DNA of 52,227 bases, taken from an uncultured Candidatus Saccharibacteria bacterium. GTDB taxonomy: Bacteria; Patescibacteriota; Minisyncoccia; Phycocordibacterales; JACOZG01. The stretch spans positions 89,838 to 142,064 of the forward strand of contig CAYUVV010000001.1 in the NCBI GenBank assembly GCA_964448295.1, written 5' to 3'. Positions 43,465 to 52,227 of the stretch are shown piece after piece; within the stretch, counting starts at the first letter, position 1, and each line of letters begins with the position of its first letter. Below the pieces are notes generated by a model. The model was not told where the DNA came from, did no database searches, and was given only the letters and a program-made list of their open reading frames with translations. A program made the translations under genes and the position numbers.

Positions 43465-43731
43465 ATGACGGTCGATAATTTGGCTCCGAACGACGGGTCG
43501 GAAACGGCTGGCGACAATGGTGGGGGTCGCGGTGATTTGGTTACCGGCGTGGTGTTGGAAGCTTTGCCCAATGTTCTTTTTCGCGTTCGTTTAGATGGTA
43601 ACGAAAACGAGATTCTAGCGTATTTAGCCGGCAAAATGCGTCTTCATCGGATAATGGTCTTAGTTGGCGATCGGGTGGAGGTAGTGCTTGATCCGTATGG
43701 CGGCAAAGGGCGGATCGTGAGAAGGTTTTGA
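43465..43731 (+). CDS. infA: Translation initiation factor IF-1
   Basis: [32 protein letters not shown]. Confidence 0.95.
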   Translation: MTVDNLAPNDGSETAGDNGGGRGDLVTGVVLEALPNVLFRVRLDGNENEILAYLAGKMRLHRIMVLVGDRVEVVLDPYGGKGRIVRRF

Positions 43732-43743
43732 ACTTACAATAAA

Positions 43744-43860
43744 ATGCAGATTCGTTCAACGTTAAAAAAGCGCTGTGCGCGATGCCGTTTCGTCAAACGG
43801 CGTGGTTATTTGTATGTCGTTTGCTCAAACAAACCTCGCCATAAACAAAAACAAGCTTAA
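43744..43860 (+). CDS. rpmJ: 50S ribosomal protein L36 (Zn-binding form, not in ORF track)
   Basis: MQIRSTLKKRCARCRFVKRRGYLYVVCSNKPRHKQKQA*. Confidence 0.95.
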   Translation: MQIRSTLKKRCARCRFVKRRGYLYVVCSNKPRHKQKQA

Positions 43861-43875
43861 TTTTTTTGCAAAATC

Positions 43876-44256
43876 ATGCGGATTGCTGGAGTAACCTTGC
43901 CGAAAGAAAAACGTCTCGAAATTGCCTTGACGGCGATATACGGGATTGGTCGCCCGCTCGCCAAAAAGATTTTGGCCGGAGTGCGGGTGTCGGAGGGTAA
44001 GAAGCCGGGCGAGATAACCCCGGAAGAAGAAAACTTGATCCGCCAAGCCGTTGAGGCGGAAACAATCGAAGGGGGTCTGCGGCGATTGATAAGCGCGAAT
44101 ATCAAGCGATTAACGGATATTCAGTCGTATCGTGGTTCGCGCCACCTTCGACGTCTGCCCTCACGCGGTCAGCGCACTAAGACCAATTCTCGCACCCGTC
44201 GCGGTAACGTGCGGAAGACTATGGGCTCTGGGCGTAAAAAACTAGAAAAGAAATAA
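43876..44256 (+). CDS. rpsM: 30S ribosomal protein S13
   Basis: MRIAGV, ALTAIYGIG, YRGSRH, RGQRTKTNSRT. Confidence 0.97.
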   Translation: MRIAGVTLPKEKRLEIALTAIYGIGRPLAKKILAGVRVSEGKKPGEITPEEENLIRQAVEAETIEGGLRRLISANIKRLTDIQSYRGSRHLRRLPSRGQRTKTNSRTRRGNVRKTMGSGRKKLEKK

Positions 44257-44261
44257 TCACT

Positions 44262-44696
44262 ATGGGAAAGAAAAGGGTTGTTCGGAAAAGCGGCCAGAGC
44301 GTAGATCAAGGTTTGCGCTCGCGCGCTTTAGCGCGTGGCGGTCGGCGTAAACTCGAGCGCGCGGTATTGCATATTGAAGCGACGTACAACAACACCAAAC
44401 TAACGCTGGTTGATCTCGAGGGCAAGGTGATATCGTCCGCCTCGAGCGGTAGCTTGGGTTTCCGTGGAGCGAAAAAAGGGACCACTTTTGCCGCGAGCAA
44501 GGTGGGAGAACTGATGGCCGAAAAAGCCGAAAACATGGGCGTTAAAGAGGCAGAAGCCGTGGTGCGGGGAGTTGGTTCCGGACGCGAGTCTTCCCTGCGT
44601 TCTTTTGTTAGTCGAGGGATCAGTTTAGAAAAAATTACTGACGCGACGCCGGTGCCATTTAATGGCCCGAAGCCACGCAAACCGCGGCGGGTTTAA
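44262..44696 (+). CDS. rpsK: 30S ribosomal protein S11
   Basis: HIEATYNNT, GFRGAKKGT, GVGSGRES, DATPVPFNG. Confidence 0.97.
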   Translation: MGKKRVVRKSGQSVDQGLRSRALARGGRRKLERAVLHIEATYNNTKLTLVDLEGKVISSASSGSLGFRGAKKGTTFAASKVGELMAEKAENMGVKEAEAVVRGVGSGRESSLRSFVSRGISLEKITDATPVPFNGPKPRKPRRV

Positions 44697-44708
44697 TTTT
44701 TTAATAAA

Positions 44709-45335
44709 ATGCAAATCGGACCAAAATTTAAGATTTGTCGGCGTTTGGGAGATCGAGTTTTCCCAAAATGTCAGACTACTAAATTCACCACTTCATCCGG
44801 AGGAGTGGGTGGTAACGCGCGCGAAAAGGCGGGTGGTCGGCCACGGCGCGGGTCGTCCAACTACGCCGACCAACTTCTAGAAAAACAGCGAGCGCGTTAC
44901 ACTTATTGCCTGTCGGAGCGTCAGTTTGCTAACTATGTGAAAAAGGCGAACTCCAGCACCGAGGCTCCCGCCGTCAATTTATATCGCCTATTGGAGTCAC
45001 GCCTTGATAACATCGTGTTTCGTTTGGGTTTAGCCGCCTCACGACGACAGGCGCGGCAGATTGTTACTCACGGCCATGTTGTTGTTAACGGTCGCCGTGT
45101 TAATTTTCCGTCTTTTGCTCTTAAGCCGGGAGATAAAATTACCATTCGTTCCCAAAGCCGCGACCGTGGATTGTGGCGTGATTTAAACGAACGAGTGAAG
45201 GACTGGCGTTTGCCAGAATGGTTGCGTGGCGAGCCGGCGGAAATGACCGGGCAAGTGGTCGCGTCGCCGACGATGAGCGAATCGGAGTCGGGTCCGAATT
45301 TAACAGCGATCGTTGAATTTTACAGCCGAGTATAG
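44709..45335 (+). CDS. rpsD: 30S ribosomal protein S4
   Basis: QLLEKQ, LESRLDNIVFRLG, ARQIVTHGH, VEFYSR. Confidence 0.97.
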   Translation: MQIGPKFKICRRLGDRVFPKCQTTKFTTSSGGVGGNAREKAGGRPRRGSSNYADQLLEKQRARYTYCLSERQFANYVKKANSSTEAPAVNLYRLLESRLDNIVFRLGLAASRRQARQIVTHGHVVVNGRRVNFPSFALKPGDKITIRSQSRDRGLWRDLNERVKDWRLPEWLRGEPAEMTGQVVASPTMSESESGPNLTAIVEFYSRV

Positions 45336-45364
45336 TTTTTTTAAACAATTAATTTTTTTAAAAT

Positions 45365-46366
45365 ATGACTGATCATTTCACTGACATTATCCTACCCTCC
45401 AAACCGAAAATTATTAAGGAAGAAGGTAATCTGGGGATATATGAGATAGAAAATCTTTACCCCGGCTATGGCCAGACGCTCGGCAATTCTTTGCGGCGCG
45501 TGATTCTTTCGTCACTCGTTGGCACGGCAATCATCAAGTTAAAAATTGCTGGCGCAGACCACGAGTTCTCAACTATCACCGGAGTGAAGGAAGACGTTAT
45601 CGCTTTAATTTTTAATCTAAAGCAAATTCGTTTTCGTTTAACCACTAATGAGTCGCAGGAGGTGAGGCTTAAAGCTAAGGGCCCGGCGGAAGTAACCGCC
45701 GCTCATTTGGAGATGCCCGGCCAAGTTGAAGTAACTAATCCGGAAGCGATAATTGCTCATCTAGCTGATAAGCAGTCGAGTTTAGAGCTTGAAATGACGA
45801 TTGCCCGTGGCCATGGATATTTGCCTAAGGAGGCCGTTCGTCAAATGACGGGCGAGGTCGGTAGCGGAACCATTTTCCTTGATGCCACCTTTACCCCCAT
45901 CCGGCGCGCTAGTTACGAAGTCGAAAATATGCGAGTTGGCGACCGTACTGATTACAACCGCCTTCGTCTACATATCGAAACTGACGGAACCATGACCCCG
46001 CGTCAGGCTCTAGAACGAGCGGTGGAAATAATGATTGAGCAATTACGGTCGATCGTCGGTTTCCGTGAGCCGGAAACTGTATTGGAGAGCGCAGTTTCTC
46101 GAGCGACGGCGGTCGAGCCGTCGATGCCGAGTGACAAAACGGGCGGATCGAATACCATATCGGCCGTTGATGCCAAGTTGAAAATCGAAGAGCTTGGTTT
46201 TTCGACTCGCGTGGTTAATGCGTTGGCCGATGGCGGCATCCGAACGCTTGGTGGTTTGTTGAGAAAGAAGGAATCAGACCTGCTCGAGCTTGGCGGTCTT
46301 GGCGACAGAGCAATTAAAGAAATTAAAGACACGCTCGCCCGTCGTCAATTGATCTTGAAAGAGTAA
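45365..46366 (+). CDS. rpoA: RNA polymerase alpha subunit
   Basis: PGYGQTLGNSLRRVILSS, HEFSTITGVKEDV, RVGDRTDY, alpha-CTD IEELGFSTR. Confidence 0.97.
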   Translation: MTDHFTDIILPSKPKIIKEEGNLGIYEIENLYPGYGQTLGNSLRRVILSSLVGTAIIKLKIAGADHEFSTITGVKEDVIALIFNLKQIRFRLTTNESQEVRLKAKGPAEVTAAHLEMPGQVEVTNPEAIIAHLADKQSSLELEMTIARGHGYLPKEAVRQMTGEVGSGTIFLDATFTPIRRASYEVENMRVGDRTDYNRLRLHIETDGTMTPRQALERAVEIMIEQLRSIVGFREPETVLESAVSRATAVEPSMPSDKTGGSNTISAVDAKLKIEELGFSTRVVNALADGGIRTLGGLLRKKESDLLELGGLGDRAIKEIKDTLARRQLILKE

Positions 46367-46367
46367 T

Positions 46368-46721
46368 ATGAGTTATCATCGTCGCCAACGGAAATTTGGT
46401 CGAACGCGCGACGGACGGCGGGCGTTGTTGCGTTCCTTGGCCCGCTCGCTGATTCGTTATGGTCAGATTGAGACGACAACCGCGCGCGCTAAGGAGTTGC
46501 GCCCCTTAATTGAGCGGCTCGTGACTTATTCAAAAACAGATAATTTGGCCGGAAAACGCTTAGTTAGAGCACGGTTGGGGGGCGCGGCAACGGAGGTTAA
46601 AAAATTGTTTGAGGAGTTGGCCCCACGTTATCAAGGCCGCGCTGGTGGTTATACAAGGATTGTGAAGTTGCCAGCTCGCGCCGGTGACGGCAGTCCGCTG
46701 GCGATTATTCAATTTGTTTAA
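46368..46721 (+). CDS. rplQ: 50S ribosomal protein L17
   Basis: RKFGR, QIETTTARAKE, RAGGYTRIVK, RAGDGS. Confidence 0.97.
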   Translation: MSYHRRQRKFGRTRDGRRALLRSLARSLIRYGQIETTTARAKELRPLIERLVTYSKTDNLAGKRLVRARLGGAATEVKKLFEELAPRYQGRAGGYTRIVKLPARAGDGSPLAIIQFV

Positions 46722-46726
46722 GCGTT

Positions 46727-47092
46727 ATGTCGACCGAACAGCAAATCAAAAATTATATAATCAACGCCGCCCGACGGCCGGTTGGTCGGGTGGCGAGTGA
46801 GGCGGCTTTATTGCTTCGCGGCAAACGCGAGGTTTCTTTTCAGCCCAATCTGATGCCAGCTGTGCGCGTTACAATTGAGAACGCTTCCCAAATTGTTTTG
46901 ACTGGCGGAAAATGGCGCGGTAAAATTTATACTCGCTACAGTGGTTGGCCGGGGGGCTTGAGTCGAGAAAACGCCTCTGATCTGGCTCGCCGGTTGGGTC
47001 AGGCGGAGTTATTGCGACGGGCGATCAACCGAATGTTGCCTCGGAACAAGTTGCGCCGTCAAATGTTGGCTAATTTAGAAATAAAATTGTAA
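46727..47092 (+). CDS. rplM: 50S ribosomal protein L13
   Basis: INAARRPVGRVAS, LLRGK, YSGWPGGL, RMLPRNKL. Confidence 0.93.
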   Translation: MSTEQQIKNYIINAARRPVGRVASEAALLLRGKREVSFQPNLMPAVRVTIENASQIVLTGGKWRGKIYTRYSGWPGGLSRENASDLARRLGQAELLRRAINRMLPRNKLRRQMLANLEIKL

Positions 47093-47101
47093 TTATTTAT
47101 T

Positions 47102-47518
47102 ATGGCTAGGGCCGTTTCATCGCCGGAAAAATATGTGGAAGGGGTAGGGAGACGCAAGTCGTCTGTCGCTCGAGTGCGTTTGTACACCCGGGGTGATAAA
47201 GGTCAGATTGTTGTTAACAATAAAGACTGGAAAGATTATTTTGTTACCGCCGCCGCGCGTGAGGCTTTGTTGGCGCCCCTAAAAATTTTGTCGGCGGAGA
47301 AAACATACGCGATTCAAGTCGTGGCGCGTGGCGGCGGCACTGTCTCGCAAGCGGAAGCGATCGCTTTAGGTTTGGCGCGCGCCCTGATCCAAGCGACGCC
47401 GGAATCGCGCGCGACGCTTAAAGCCGCAGGGAAGCTCACTCGCGACGCGCGCGCCAAGGAACGGCGAAAATTTGGTTTGAAGAAAGCTCGCAAAGCGCCG
47501 CAGTGGTCGAAACGTTAA
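47102..47518 (+). CDS. rpsI: 30S ribosomal protein S9
   Basis: GRRKSSVARV, GGGTVSQA, LTRDAR.KERRK.GLKKARKAPQWSKR. Confidence 0.97.
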   Translation: MARAVSSPEKYVEGVGRRKSSVARVRLYTRGDKGQIVVNNKDWKDYFVTAAAREALLAPLKILSAEKTYAIQVVARGGGTVSQAEAIALGLARALIQATPESRATLKAAGKLTRDARAKERRKFGLKKARKAPQWSKR

Positions 47519-47524
47519 TTTTTG

Positions 47525-48073
47525 ATGGAGGAGGAAAAAGAGCCAACCGTATCTGAAGTTGACGAAGGGTCGCCCAATGCCGAATTGGCGGCGAAATTAG
47601 CGCGTTGCCGTGACGAGTTAAAGCGTTGCCAAACGGAAAAACGTGATTATCTTGATACTGCGCAACGTTTGCGAGCTGATTATCTCAACCTCCAGAAAGA
47701 ATTGGCTGCGGTTCGAGCCACGGCGGGACGGGCGGCAGAGGAGGCCCTGCTTAAGGAATTTTTTCCGATTATTGACGGGTTAGAGGCCGGTTTGAATCAT
47801 CCCGCGGGCGAGGCGGTTTCTTCTGATTGGCGTCGCGGACTGGAACAAATTTACAGCCAAGTGAAAAATTTTCTTTCTCGTCTGGGGGTTGAAGAAATTT
47901 CCGCTGAGACGGGAGAGAAATTTGATCCCGTCTGGCATATCGCTCTTGAAACGACATCGGCCGTGGAGGCCGAATTGGATGGCCGAATCGCGGCGGTGCT
48001 CCAAAAAGGTTATCGTCGGATGGGAGTAACCCTGCGGCCGGTGGGCGTTCGCGTCTGGCATTTTAAAAGTTAA
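47525..48073 (+). CDS. grpE: Nucleotide exchange factor GrpE
   Basis: [30 protein letters not shown]. Confidence 0.9.
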   Translation: MEEEKEPTVSEVDEGSPNAELAAKLARCRDELKRCQTEKRDYLDTAQRLRADYLNLQKELAAVRATAGRAAEEALLKEFFPIIDGLEAGLNHPAGEAVSSDWRRGLEQIYSQVKNFLSRLGVEEISAETGEKFDPVWHIALETTSAVEAELDGRIAAVLQKGYRRMGVTLRPVGVRVWHFKS

Positions 48074-48087
48074 CTTTTTTGTGCACT

Positions 48088-49914
48088 ATGGCAAAAATTC
48101 TTGGTATTGATTTGGGAACTACCAACTCGGCGATGGCATATGTGGCGGGTGGCGAACCGAAGGTGGTGGAGAACAACGAGGGTGCGCGCACCACTCCTTC
48201 GGTTGTCGCTCTCACCAAGTCCGGAGAGCGGACGGTTGGTCTTTTGGCCAAACGTCAAGCGATCACAAATCCGGAGAATACCATTTTTGGAGTGAAGCGT
48301 TTAATGGGGCATCGGTTTGACGATCCACACATTAAACGCGATCGGGAAATTGTGCCGTTCCGTTTAGAATCTGCGGCCGAAGGCGGAATAAAAATTAAAT
48401 TAGGTGACCGAACTTACAGTCCGGAGGAAATCTCGGCGATGATTTTGCAAAAATTAAAGGCGGACGCGGAAGCCAAATTAGGCGAAAAGGTGGAGGAGGC
48501 GGTAATTACTGTTCCAGCTTATTTTGATGATTCGCAGCGCAAGGCCACGCGCGATGCCGGAGAAATCGCTGGGTTTAAGGTTCGGCGCATTATTAATGAG
48601 CCGACGGCTGCCGCGTTAGCTTACGGCTTCAATCGTCGTAAAAACGAGCAGATCGCCGTTTATGATTACGGTGGCGGCACTTTTGATATCTCGATTCTAG
48701 AAATTACCGGCGAAGAGGGCGAGCAGAGTATCCAAGTTAAAGCGACTGACGGCGATTCCCACATGGGCGGAGAGGATATTGATCAAGAAATTATTAAGTG
48801 GGTGGCCGGCGAGTTTAAGAAGGATACCGGACTCGACATCACTCGCGATCCCTTGGCGCTTCAACGATTAAAAGAAGCGGCAGAGAAAGCTAAGCATGAG
48901 CTCTCTACTACCGTTGAAACGGAGGTTAATATTCCGTTTATCAGTTCTGATTCCAGTGGGCCGAAGCATCTACTGCTAAAGATGACGCGCGCTAAATTGG
49001 AAGAGTTGGCCAAACCGTTTATTGATCGCTCGATCGACATTACCAAGCGAGCAGTGGAGGCCTCTGGTTACAAGCTTGCCGATATTGAGGAGGTAATCTT
49101 AGTCGGTGGTCAGACGCGGATGCCGGCGATCGTCCAAGCCGTCAAAAATTTATTTGGCAAAGAACCAAACCGCTCGATTAACCCGGACGAAGTGGTGGCT
49201 TTGGGAGCGGCCATCCAGGCGGGCATTTTTCAAGGCGATGTTAAGGATGTTTTGCTGTTGGACGTAACGCCGCTATCGCTTGGGATCGAGACGATGGGTG
49301 GGGTGGCGACCAAATTAATTGAAAAAAACACAACGGTGCCGGTGTCTCGAAGTCAGATTTTCTCGACCGCGGCCGACAATCAAACACAAGTGGAGATTCA
49401 TGTCGTGCAGGGTGAACGTCCGATGGCGGCTGATAATAAGAGTTTGGGACGCTTTATTTTGGACGGTATTCCGCCCGCGCCTCGTGGTCGACCTCAAATT
49501 GAGGTGGTGTTTGACATTGACGCTAACGGCATCTTAAGCGTGCGAGCTAAAGACAAAGCCAGCGGCCGTGAACAATCTATTAGGATTGAAGCTCGTTCGG
49601 GCTTGAGCAAGGAGGATATTGATCGAATGCGCACTGAAGCTGAAGCTCATGCCGCGGATGACAATCGCAAGCGGGAATTGGCCGACGCGCGTAACGCCGC
49701 TGAACAATTGGCTTACACAGCAGAAAAGGCGCTGACGGATGCCGGTGATAAGCTTGATTCCTCGATTAAAACAGCTGTTCAGAACAAGATTAAAGAGTTA
49801 ACCGAAGCGCGCCAAAGTGATGACCTGGAGAAGATTAAGCAAGCGAGCGAGGCGCTGTCTCGTGAAATGCAGAAAATCGGCGAAGCGCTGAATCAGAACC
49901 AAGACAAAAAATAA
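48088..49914 (+). CDS. dnaK: Chaperone DnaK
   Basis: [52 protein letters not shown]. Confidence 0.98.
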   Translation: MAKILGIDLGTTNSAMAYVAGGEPKVVENNEGARTTPSVVALTKSGERTVGLLAKRQAITNPENTIFGVKRLMGHRFDDPHIKRDREIVPFRLESAAEGGIKIKLGDRTYSPEEISAMILQKLKADAEAKLGEKVEEAVITVPAYFDDSQRKATRDAGEIAGFKVRRIINEPTAAALAYGFNRRKNEQIAVYDYGGGTFDISILEITGEEGEQSIQVKATDGDSHMGGEDIDQEIIKWVAGEFKKDTGLDITRDPLALQRLKEAAEKAKHELSTTVETEVNIPFISSDSSGPKHLLLKMTRAKLEELAKPFIDRSIDITKRAVEASGYKLADIEEVILVGGQTRMPAIVQAVKNLFGKEPNRSINPDEVVALGAAIQAGIFQGDVKDVLLLDVTPLSLGIETMGGVATKLIEKNTTVPVSRSQIFSTAADNQTQVEIHVVQGERPMAADNKSLGRFILDGIPPAPRGRPQIEVVFDIDANGILSVRAKDKASGREQSIRIEARSGLSKEDIDRMRTEAEAHAADDNRKRELADARNAAEQLAYTAEKALTDAGDKLDSSIKTAVQNKIKELTEARQSDDLEKIKQASEALSREMQKIGEALNQNQDKK

Positions 49915-50997
49915 ATGTCAAAAGATTATTACAAAATTCTCGGATTGGAACGCAACGCCTCGACCGAGGAAGTGCGGAAAGCCTTTCACAAACTGGCGCA
50001 CAAATATCATCCAGATAAAAAAGGTGGTGACGAGCAAAAATTTAAGGAGGTAAACGAAGCCTATCAGATTCTCTCTAATGATAAGCGTCGGGCCGAGTAC
50101 GACGCTTATGGTCAATCGTTCGCTAGCCAAGGAGACGAAGCCGGTTTTGGCGGTTTCGATTTCAGTGGTTTTGGCCAGAATGGCGGTCAGGCGGGTGGTT
50201 TCCAATTCGATTTGGGCGAATTGTTCAACGAGTTTTTTCAGAAGGCAGGTGGTGGCGGCGGTTTCCGTCAGCGGCGAGGGCGTGATATTTCCGTAGACAT
50301 CCAAGTATCGTTCGCGGAGGCGGTTTTCGGTACAGAGCGCAAAATTCTTATCAACAAAGTTGGCGTTTGCCCGTCCTGCCGTGGCGCTGGCGGGGAACCA
50401 GGTTCGTCAACTAAGACCTGCCCAACCTGCAATGGGCGTGGACGATTAAACGAGACACGGCGTTCCCTTGTCGGGATTTTTACCACCACTAGAGAATGCG
50501 GGGATTGCGTTGGGCGCGGCACGATTCCGGAAGCTAGGTGTCGAAAATGCGCCGGTCACGGGGTAGTACGCGGGCCAGAAGAGATAACAATAACGGTGCC
50601 GGCCGGTATCTCTTCTGGGGAGATGATTCGGATTAGTGGCCGCGGTGAAGCCGTTACCAATGGCTTGGCGGGTGATTTGTATGTCAAAATTCATATTGAA
50701 AAGCATCCGATTTTCAAGCGAGAGGGCGAAGACTTACTAATGACGCTTGATGTGAGGCTCTCTGACGCCTTGCTCGGCGCCGAGTACGCGATTAGGACAC
50801 TTGATGGCGGTGAAGTCAAATTGAAAATACCACCCGGTATTTCCACCGGAGAAATTTTGCGTTTACGTGGCCACGGGGCCACCGGCCAAGGCGGACGCCG
50901 CGGCGATCTGCTCGTCGAGATGAGGGTTAAAAATCCGAGCAAGCTCTCACGTCGCGCCAAAAAGCTCGTTGAAGAATTAAAAGAGGAGGGAGTTTGA
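49915..50997 (+). CDS. dnaJ: Chaperone DnaJ
   Basis: J domain with HPD, G/F region, four CxxCxGxG repeats. Confidence 0.97.
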   Translation: MSKDYYKILGLERNASTEEVRKAFHKLAHKYHPDKKGGDEQKFKEVNEAYQILSNDKRRAEYDAYGQSFASQGDEAGFGGFDFSGFGQNGGQAGGFQFDLGELFNEFFQKAGGGGGFRQRRGRDISVDIQVSFAEAVFGTERKILINKVGVCPSCRGAGGEPGSSTKTCPTCNGRGRLNETRRSLVGIFTTTRECGDCVGRGTIPEARCRKCAGHGVVRGPEEITITVPAGISSGEMIRISGRGEAVTNGLAGDLYVKIHIEKHPIFKREGEDLLMTLDVRLSDALLGAEYAIRTLDGGEVKLKIPPGISTGEILRLRGHGATGQGGRRGDLLVEMRVKNPSKLSRRAKKLVEELKEEGV

Positions 50998-51009
50998 TAA
51001 ACATAAACG

Positions 51010-51042
51010 GCCCCCGGTCGCTGTGATGTAGCGACCGGGGGC
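51010..51042. terminator. Terminator hairpin between convergent genes
   Basis: GCCCCCGGTCGCT-gtgatgt-AGCGACCGGGGGC. Confidence 0.75.
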
Positions 51043-51072
51043 GTCTTGTGTTTTGATCGCGTTGATTAGCGG

Positions 51073-51765
51073 CTAGTGGGACGACGGATCCTTCACCAAT
51101 ATTGACCCACAAGCGATGGTGATCGGGCTAGAACGGTTTGGTTTGCTCACAATCTTTCGGTTCTCTGTTAAGGAGCTTGGACTTTCTTGAACGTACTCTA
51201 CGTTCATGGTTACGTTCGATTCCATCATAGGCAATACGCCGCGGCAGTCGTCGCAATCGGTTCCCGGAGAACAACCGCCCCAGCCGTACTCTCCGTTGAT
51301 AATACAGAAGTATTCACCTTCAGGGCACGCCCCCTCCTCGTTGCACACCCCATCTTTGGCAGAGCCGATACAACTGTTGTCACAAGTTACCGTGTATCCC
51401 TCCAGTTCCGCGGTGAACCTACCCTCTCCGGTTTCGTAGTTTTTAACTCGGAGGTCAACATTGCCAAAGTTTGCGAGGGGTAGAGTGACGTCGGTTCCCG
51501 GGCTTATTTCAAGTCCGCCTTCCGTGGCGGGCCAGCCTTCATCGGTTACCACCATGGATACTAGATAAGTGGTTGGGATCCCGTACTGATCATACAACCA
51601 CCCGCCGTCGCAAATCATTGTGCCGTTGTATTTGCCCGGCCTCAATGGGCCGTCGCTATTTGCTGGCGGGTCTGAGACAGCGATCGTTGCGGGGTCATTT
51701 GTGCATCCCCCGCCAATTATTACCGCCAAAAACCAAACTCCAAATATGAGCTTTGTCGGTCTCAT
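51073..51765 (-). CDS. Putative lipoprotein with Cys/Asp-rich insertion
   Basis: MRPTK + hydrophobic stretch + GGGC lipobox-like; CDNSC..AKDGVCNEEG.C....C......CSPGTDCDDC; AAGGAG SD. Confidence 0.65.
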   Translation of the reverse strand: MRPTKLIFGVWFLAVIIGGGCTNDPATIAVSDPPANSDGPLRPGKYNGTMICDGGWLYDQYGIPTTYLVSMVVTDEGWPATEGGLEISPGTDVTLPLANFGNVDLRVKNYETGEGRFTAELEGYTVTCDNSCIGSAKDGVCNEEGACPEGEYFCIINGEYGWGGCSPGTDCDDCRGVLPMMESNVTMNVEYVQESPSSLTENRKIVSKPNRSSPITIACGSILVKDPSSH

Positions 51766-51785
51766 CGCGATTCTCCTTGTGACGA

Positions 51786-52226
51786 TTATTCCCAACCCAG
51801 ACATTCCGGATCCACGAACCGTTCGGGGAATTCCGGCTCGTCTTTTTTTGTTTTTACTACAAAACAGGCCTTATCTGGTAAGCGCCCGCGCAAACTCCAT
51901 ACTGGGTCGAATCGACCATGCCGCGCCTGGAAGTGCAGGTGAGGGCCGCCCGCGAGCGGCGCCACCTCGGCAATTTGTTGGCTGCGCTTGACGATTATGC
52001 CGGTCGTTATCCCAGCATAGGGGATCACGTGAGTGTAAGTACTTGTCCAGCACTCATTATTATCCGAGCAGTGTTCGACGACAACGTAACCACCCCACTT
52101 TTCGTCAACAGTGGAGTATGTGACGGTTCCGCCTCGAACAGCGAAGACGGGTGTGCCGGCTTTGGTTTGTAGATCAACGCCGGTGTGTCGGAGCGGCGGG
52201 CTGTTTGGCCCGCCGCAGTGCTCGTT
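51786..52226 (-). CDS. M23 family metallopeptidase, 5' part outside window
   Basis: Open frame from window edge: HTGVD, GTPVFAVRGG, WGGYVVVEH, YTHV, GPHLHF. Confidence 0.88.
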   Translation of the reverse strand, partial: NEHCGGPNSPPLRHTGVDLQTKAGTPVFAVRGGTVTYSTVDEKWGGYVVVEHCSDNNECWTSTYTHVIPYAGITTGIIVKRSQQIAEVAPLAGGPHLHFQARHGRFDPVWSLRGRLPDKACFVVKTKKDEPEFPERFVDPECLGWE

Positions 52227-52227
52227 T

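Noticed and set aside
47400-47525. CIRCE element upstream of grpE
   Set aside because: No TTAGCACTC-N9-GAGTGCTAA-like sequence; the gap is only a few nt
501-52172. Numerous 60-175 aa ORFs antisense or out of frame to recognised genes
   Set aside because: Shadow ORFs of GC-rich coding sequence with no motifs, starts or independent signals
51786-52227. Apparent frameshift between the HTGVD and HLH halves of the M23 peptidase
   Set aside because: Re-reading 52001-52040 shows ATC CCC TAT in frame; the ORF track simply starts at the first GTG because the true start is outside the window
1-52227. CRISPR array, IS transposase, integrase gene, rRNA, group I/II intron or intein (including in nrdJ and thyX)
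   Set aside because: No regularly spaced direct repeats, no recognisable catalytic motifs, and protein lengths and motifs are continuous
1-52227. TGA recoding (genetic code 25 of Gracilibacteria/Absconditabacteria)
   Set aside because: TGA terminates clearly complete genes (nrdJ, mnmA, infA, dnaJ) and core genes have no internal TGA

Overview
Chromosomal segment of a Patescibacteria (CPR) bacterium, most likely Parcubacteria: standard code 11, very compact, with rplK not followed by rplA, a C-terminally short AlaRS, ThyX and a class II RNR. The core content is housekeeping: pepF, PGI/PMI, a ROK kinase, nrdJ, RNase P RNA, murJ, lepA, ftsB, six tRNAs, hsp20/prsW/tsaD, ychF, leuS, mltG, dsbB, mnmA, secE-nusG-rplK-dCMP deaminase-dut-thyX, alaS, an FtsA-like/baseplate-J-like pair, and one unbroken infA-rpmJ-rpsM-rpsK-rpsD-rpoA-rplQ-rplM-rpsI-grpE-dnaK-dnaJ run. 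About ten stand-alone orphan gene cassettes are interspersed; most have their own sigma70-type promoter, a strong Shine-Dalgarno and a terminator, whereas many core genes look leaderless. The most unusual signal is a family of tRNA-3'-end-associated element remnants. A short recombinase-tail-like/att motif is found split on either side of a ~690-bp mini-island at tRNA-Phe, and unsplit next to tRNA-Ala. There it adjoins a surface-protein gene bracketed almost exactly by 84-bp inverted repeats. No recombinase gene is present in the window, so the mechanism is inference. Features missed by the ORF track include a 26-aa Cys/His metallothionein-like peptide, a 37-aa membrane peptide, a frameshifted 49-aa two-TM protein, secE, rpmJ, and a CDS whose stop codon lies inside tRNA-Phe. 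Family assignments come from motif recognition only; no searches were run.
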